64,000 bases of DNA from Candidatus Latescibacterota bacterium (GTDB taxonomy: Bacteria > Latescibacterota > UBA2968). The notes beneath the pieces were generated by a model, which was not told the DNA's origin, did not search any database, and saw only the letters and a list, made by a program, of their open reading frames with translations. This document shows positions 61,854-64,000 of the stretch, piece by piece. The first letter of the stretch is position 1; each line of letters starts with the position of its first letter. Where the stretch lies: assembly GCA_965204375.1 (NCBI GenBank), contig OZ241986.1, forward strand, positions 4,732,686 to 4,796,685, given 5' to 3'. Position numbers and translations under genes: made by a program.

Positions 61854-63620
61854 ATGGCTGTGACGACTCTTGATTATGTGCCCTGTGCGCGTGTGGAAGA
61901 TATTCCCGAGGGTGGGATTATGGCTGTGAATGTGGAGGGCCATGCGATTGCGCTGGCAAAGTCGGATGGCGAGATCCGGGCGGTGGATAATCGGTGCCCG
62001 CATATGGGGTATCCGCTGAGTGAGGGGTCGATTCACAATGGGTTGATTATTTGCCACTGGCATCACGCGCGGTTTGATCTGGTTAGCGGGTGTACGTTTG
62101 ATCCGTTTGCCGATGATGTTCGGAGTTATCCAGTGGATGTGCAGGATGGTGAGATTTATGTGAATGTGCATGCGACGCATCCCGATCCGGTGGGTCATTG
62201 GAAGCGGCGGTTGAGCGAGAGTTTGGAGCAGAATATCAATCTGGTGATTGCCAAGTCGGTGATCGCGCTTCGGGGTCAGCGGGTTGATGGCGATGAGATT
62301 GCGGAGATTGGCGCGCGGTATGGTGCGCTGAGGCGGCGTCAGGGGTGGGGTCCGGGGTTGACGATTTTGACGTGTATGGCGAATGTGGTGCCAAAGCTGG
62401 CGCCCGAGGATCAGGTTCTGGCGCTGTACCAGGGGTTGTTGCATGTGGCGAGCGAGACGAGCAATGCAGCGCCGAGGATTGTTTTTACGCCTCTGGAGAC
62501 GGAGGAGCTGACGCTGGCGAGGATTAAGGAGTGGTTCCGCTATTTGATTGAGGTGCGGAATGCCGATGGTGCGGAACGCGCTTTGTTGACGGCGATCCAG
62601 ATGGGGGCAACGCCTTCGGAGATGTGCGATATGCTGGTGACTGCAGCGACGGATCACTTTTATCGCGATGGCGGGCATGTGCTGGATTTTATCAATAAGG
62701 GTTTTGAGGTGCTCGAGCGCATTGGTTGGGACAAGGCCGATGAGGTTTTGCCTTCGCTGGTGGGTGTGCTTTCGGGTTCACAGCGGAGTGAGGAGTTGAA
62801 TCGGTGGCGCAGTCCCGTTGATCTGGTGGCGTTGTTAAACGGCGCGTTTGATGAGCTTGAGGATCTGGTGCGCGAGGGTGAGGGGAAGACGTGGGACGAT
62901 GCGGATGCTTTGACGGAGGTTCTGTCAGGTGATGATCCGCATGCGATTGTGGATGGGTTGAAGGCGGCGTTTGCCGGTGGGGCGACGCTGACGCAGTTGA
63001 CGCAGACACTGACTTATGCAGCGGCTTTGCGGATTGCGCGGTTTCACGTTAAGAATGAGTTTGCCGATTGGATCGCGGTGCTGCATACGCATTCGGCGGC
63101 CAATGCGCTGCATCAATGTGCAAAGCGCGCGCCGTCTCTGGATCTGGCGCGGGGGATTTTCCACGGTGCAATGGCGCTGTATTTTGACCGGTGGTTTAAT
63201 AAGCCGGCAGCCCGTTTGCCGCAGGATCAGCGCGCGACCCAGCAGTTGCCGGAGGATGCGGATGAGTTGCTGGATTCTTTTGTGGCGTTGCTCGATACTC
63301 AGGCGCAGGTGGATGAGGCGGGGCGAATTGTGTATCGGTATTTGTCGCTGGGGCATCCGCGCGGTGCTTTGTGCGAGCGGTTGGGCCATGTGTTGCTGCG
63401 AGAGGATGCCGAGTTTCATTCGTTCCAGATGCTGGAGTCTGCGTTTAGCCAGGCAGAGGAGTTGGATGAGGAACGCGCATGGATTACGCTGGTGGGCGCG
63501 GCGCGTTATCTGGCAGCGCATGCACCAACGGCGCGTGCGTTGGGACAGACGGCGAATTTGGCACTTCGACTCCACCGGGGAGAGGATCTTTCGGCTGAGG
63601 ATCCAGATGAGGAGGTGTGA
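61854..63620 (+). CDS. Rieske [2Fe-2S] domain protein fused to a long unassigned C-terminal domain
   Basis: CPHMGYPL...CHWHHARF Rieske ligands lie within the first 100 aa or so. The remaining 480 aa or so are alanine/leucine-rich, helical-looking, and carry no motif I recognise. AGGAGG RBS. Confidence 0.7.
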   Translation: MAVTTLDYVPCARVEDIPEGGIMAVNVEGHAIALAKSDGEIRAVDNRCPHMGYPLSEGSIHNGLIICHWHHARFDLVSGCTFDPFADDVRSYPVDVQDGEIYVNVHATHPDPVGHWKRRLSESLEQNINLVIAKSVIALRGQRVDGDEIAEIGARYGALRRRQGWGPGLTILTCMANVVPKLAPEDQVLALYQGLLHVASETSNAAPRIVFTPLETEELTLARIKEWFRYLIEVRNADGAERALLTAIQMGATPSEMCDMLVTAATDHFYRDGGHVLDFINKGFEVLERIGWDKADEVLPSLVGVLSGSQRSEELNRWRSPVDLVALLNGAFDELEDLVREGEGKTWDDADALTEVLSGDDPHAIVDGLKAAFAGGATLTQLTQTLTYAAALRIARFHVKNEFADWIAVLHTHSAANALHQCAKRAPSLDLARGIFHGAMALYFDRWFNKPAARLPQDQRATQQLPEDADELLDSFVALLDTQAQVDEAGRIVYRYLSLGHPRGALCERLGHVLLREDAEFHSFQMLESAFSQAEELDEERAWITLVGAARYLAAHAPTARALGQTANLALRLHRGEDLSAEDPDEEV

Positions 63621-63677
63621 TCCGCAGATGAACGCAGATGGACGCAGATAACCGTAGGGGCGAGGCAGGCCTCGCCC

Positions 63678-63704
63678 GTCATCGCGGCATGCTTAAAGCC
63701 GCGA
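63678..63704 (+). repeat. REP-like 27-nt hairpin element, copy 3
   Basis: GTCATCGCGGCATGCTTAAAGCCGCGA, preceded by a second GC hairpin GGGGCGAGGCAGGCCTCGCCC (63657-63677). Confidence 0.6.
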
Positions 63705-63750
63705 TCCAGTGGCGGGACGGATGATTCCAGATCACACAGACAGGTATTAC

Positions 63751-63787
63751 AAAAGCCTGTACCAGCGATGGTACAGGCTTTTTCTTT
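63751..63787. terminator. bidirectional intrinsic terminator between convergent genes
   Basis: AAAAGCCTGTACC-AGCGAT-GGTACAGGCTTTTTC. A-run and T-run flank a 10-bp stem. Confidence 0.75.
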
Positions 63788-63791
63788 GGGT

Positions 63792-64000
63792 TCATGTCGT
63801 CGGTTTCCATTTTCCCTGTACGCGGTAGGCTTCATCGTCGCCCGACCACGGGGGCATGGTGATGGCGACCGCGCAGAGTGGTTCGCTGTTGTGGGCGCGA
63901 AATTGGAAGTGCGTGCCTTGTGGTATGGTGAGGCTTGTGCCAGGGGCGAGGGATGCGATTTCTTCGCGGTTGCCCTGTTTGCGCCACATTTCGCCCTGTC
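63792..64000 (-). CDS. cupin-domain protein, C-terminal part (gene probably continues beyond the right edge)
   Basis: GTSLTIPQGTHFQFRAHNSEPLCAVAITMPPW is cupin motif-2-like. The frame remains open upstream of the ATG at 63989 to the end of the window. Confidence 0.5.
   Translation of the reverse strand, partial: QGEMWRKQGNREEIASLAPGTSLTIPQGTHFQFRAHNSEPLCAVAITMPPWSGDDEAYRVQGKWKPTT

Noticed and set aside
59044-63575. Long minus-strand ORFs (59044-60186, 60426-61193, 61168-61716, 61713-62678, 62925-63575) across the catabolic cluster
   Set aside because: Same reasoning. They have low-complexity R/P/H/N-rich translations and complete overlap with well-supported plus-strand genes.

Overview
A 64-kb bacterial window from an unidentified lineage, with Gram-negative-type envelope genes. 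I saw no rRNA, tRNA or CRISPR. Most of the window (about 9.0-55.6 kb, minus strand) is a dense array of MacB/FtsX-type double-module ABC permease genes. There are 11 intact copies of about 780-826 codons, one copy split by an IS5-family element, and one copy collapsed to a 32-codon relic. Only two ABC ATPase genes and one HlyD/MacA-type adaptor accompany them. The array forms four transcription units. Each is preceded by a textbook sigma-54 (-24/-12) promoter and, at a fixed distance, by the same 39-bp two-site enhancer-like sequence. One unit starts with a TlpA-like thiol-disulfide oxidoreductase and carries an ECF sigma factor gene that overlaps a permease gene. Between the permease blocks lie several toxin-antitoxin modules (VapC/PIN, DUF4258/DUF2283, RHH, Phd-like, XRE), a LytS/LytTR two-component system, small hydrolase/phosphatase genes, and an AT-rich islet holding an orphan ThsB-like TIR gene beside a truncated MFS gene. 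The left end (1-8.8 kb) looks accessory: a decayed or recoded two-motif LAGLIDADG-like gene, an AAA-ATPase/PD-(D/E)xK protein, a Fic protein with iteron-like repeats, a ThDP enzyme and a PcfJ-like protein. The right end (57-64 kb) is a higher-GC catabolic cluster: beta-propeller protein, two PhyH-type dioxygenases, an enolase-superfamily enzyme, a FucU/RbsD mutarotase, a Rieske fusion protein and a cupin. Intergenic DNA carries several short repeat families. All functional calls rest on motifs I recognise by eye; no database search was possible.
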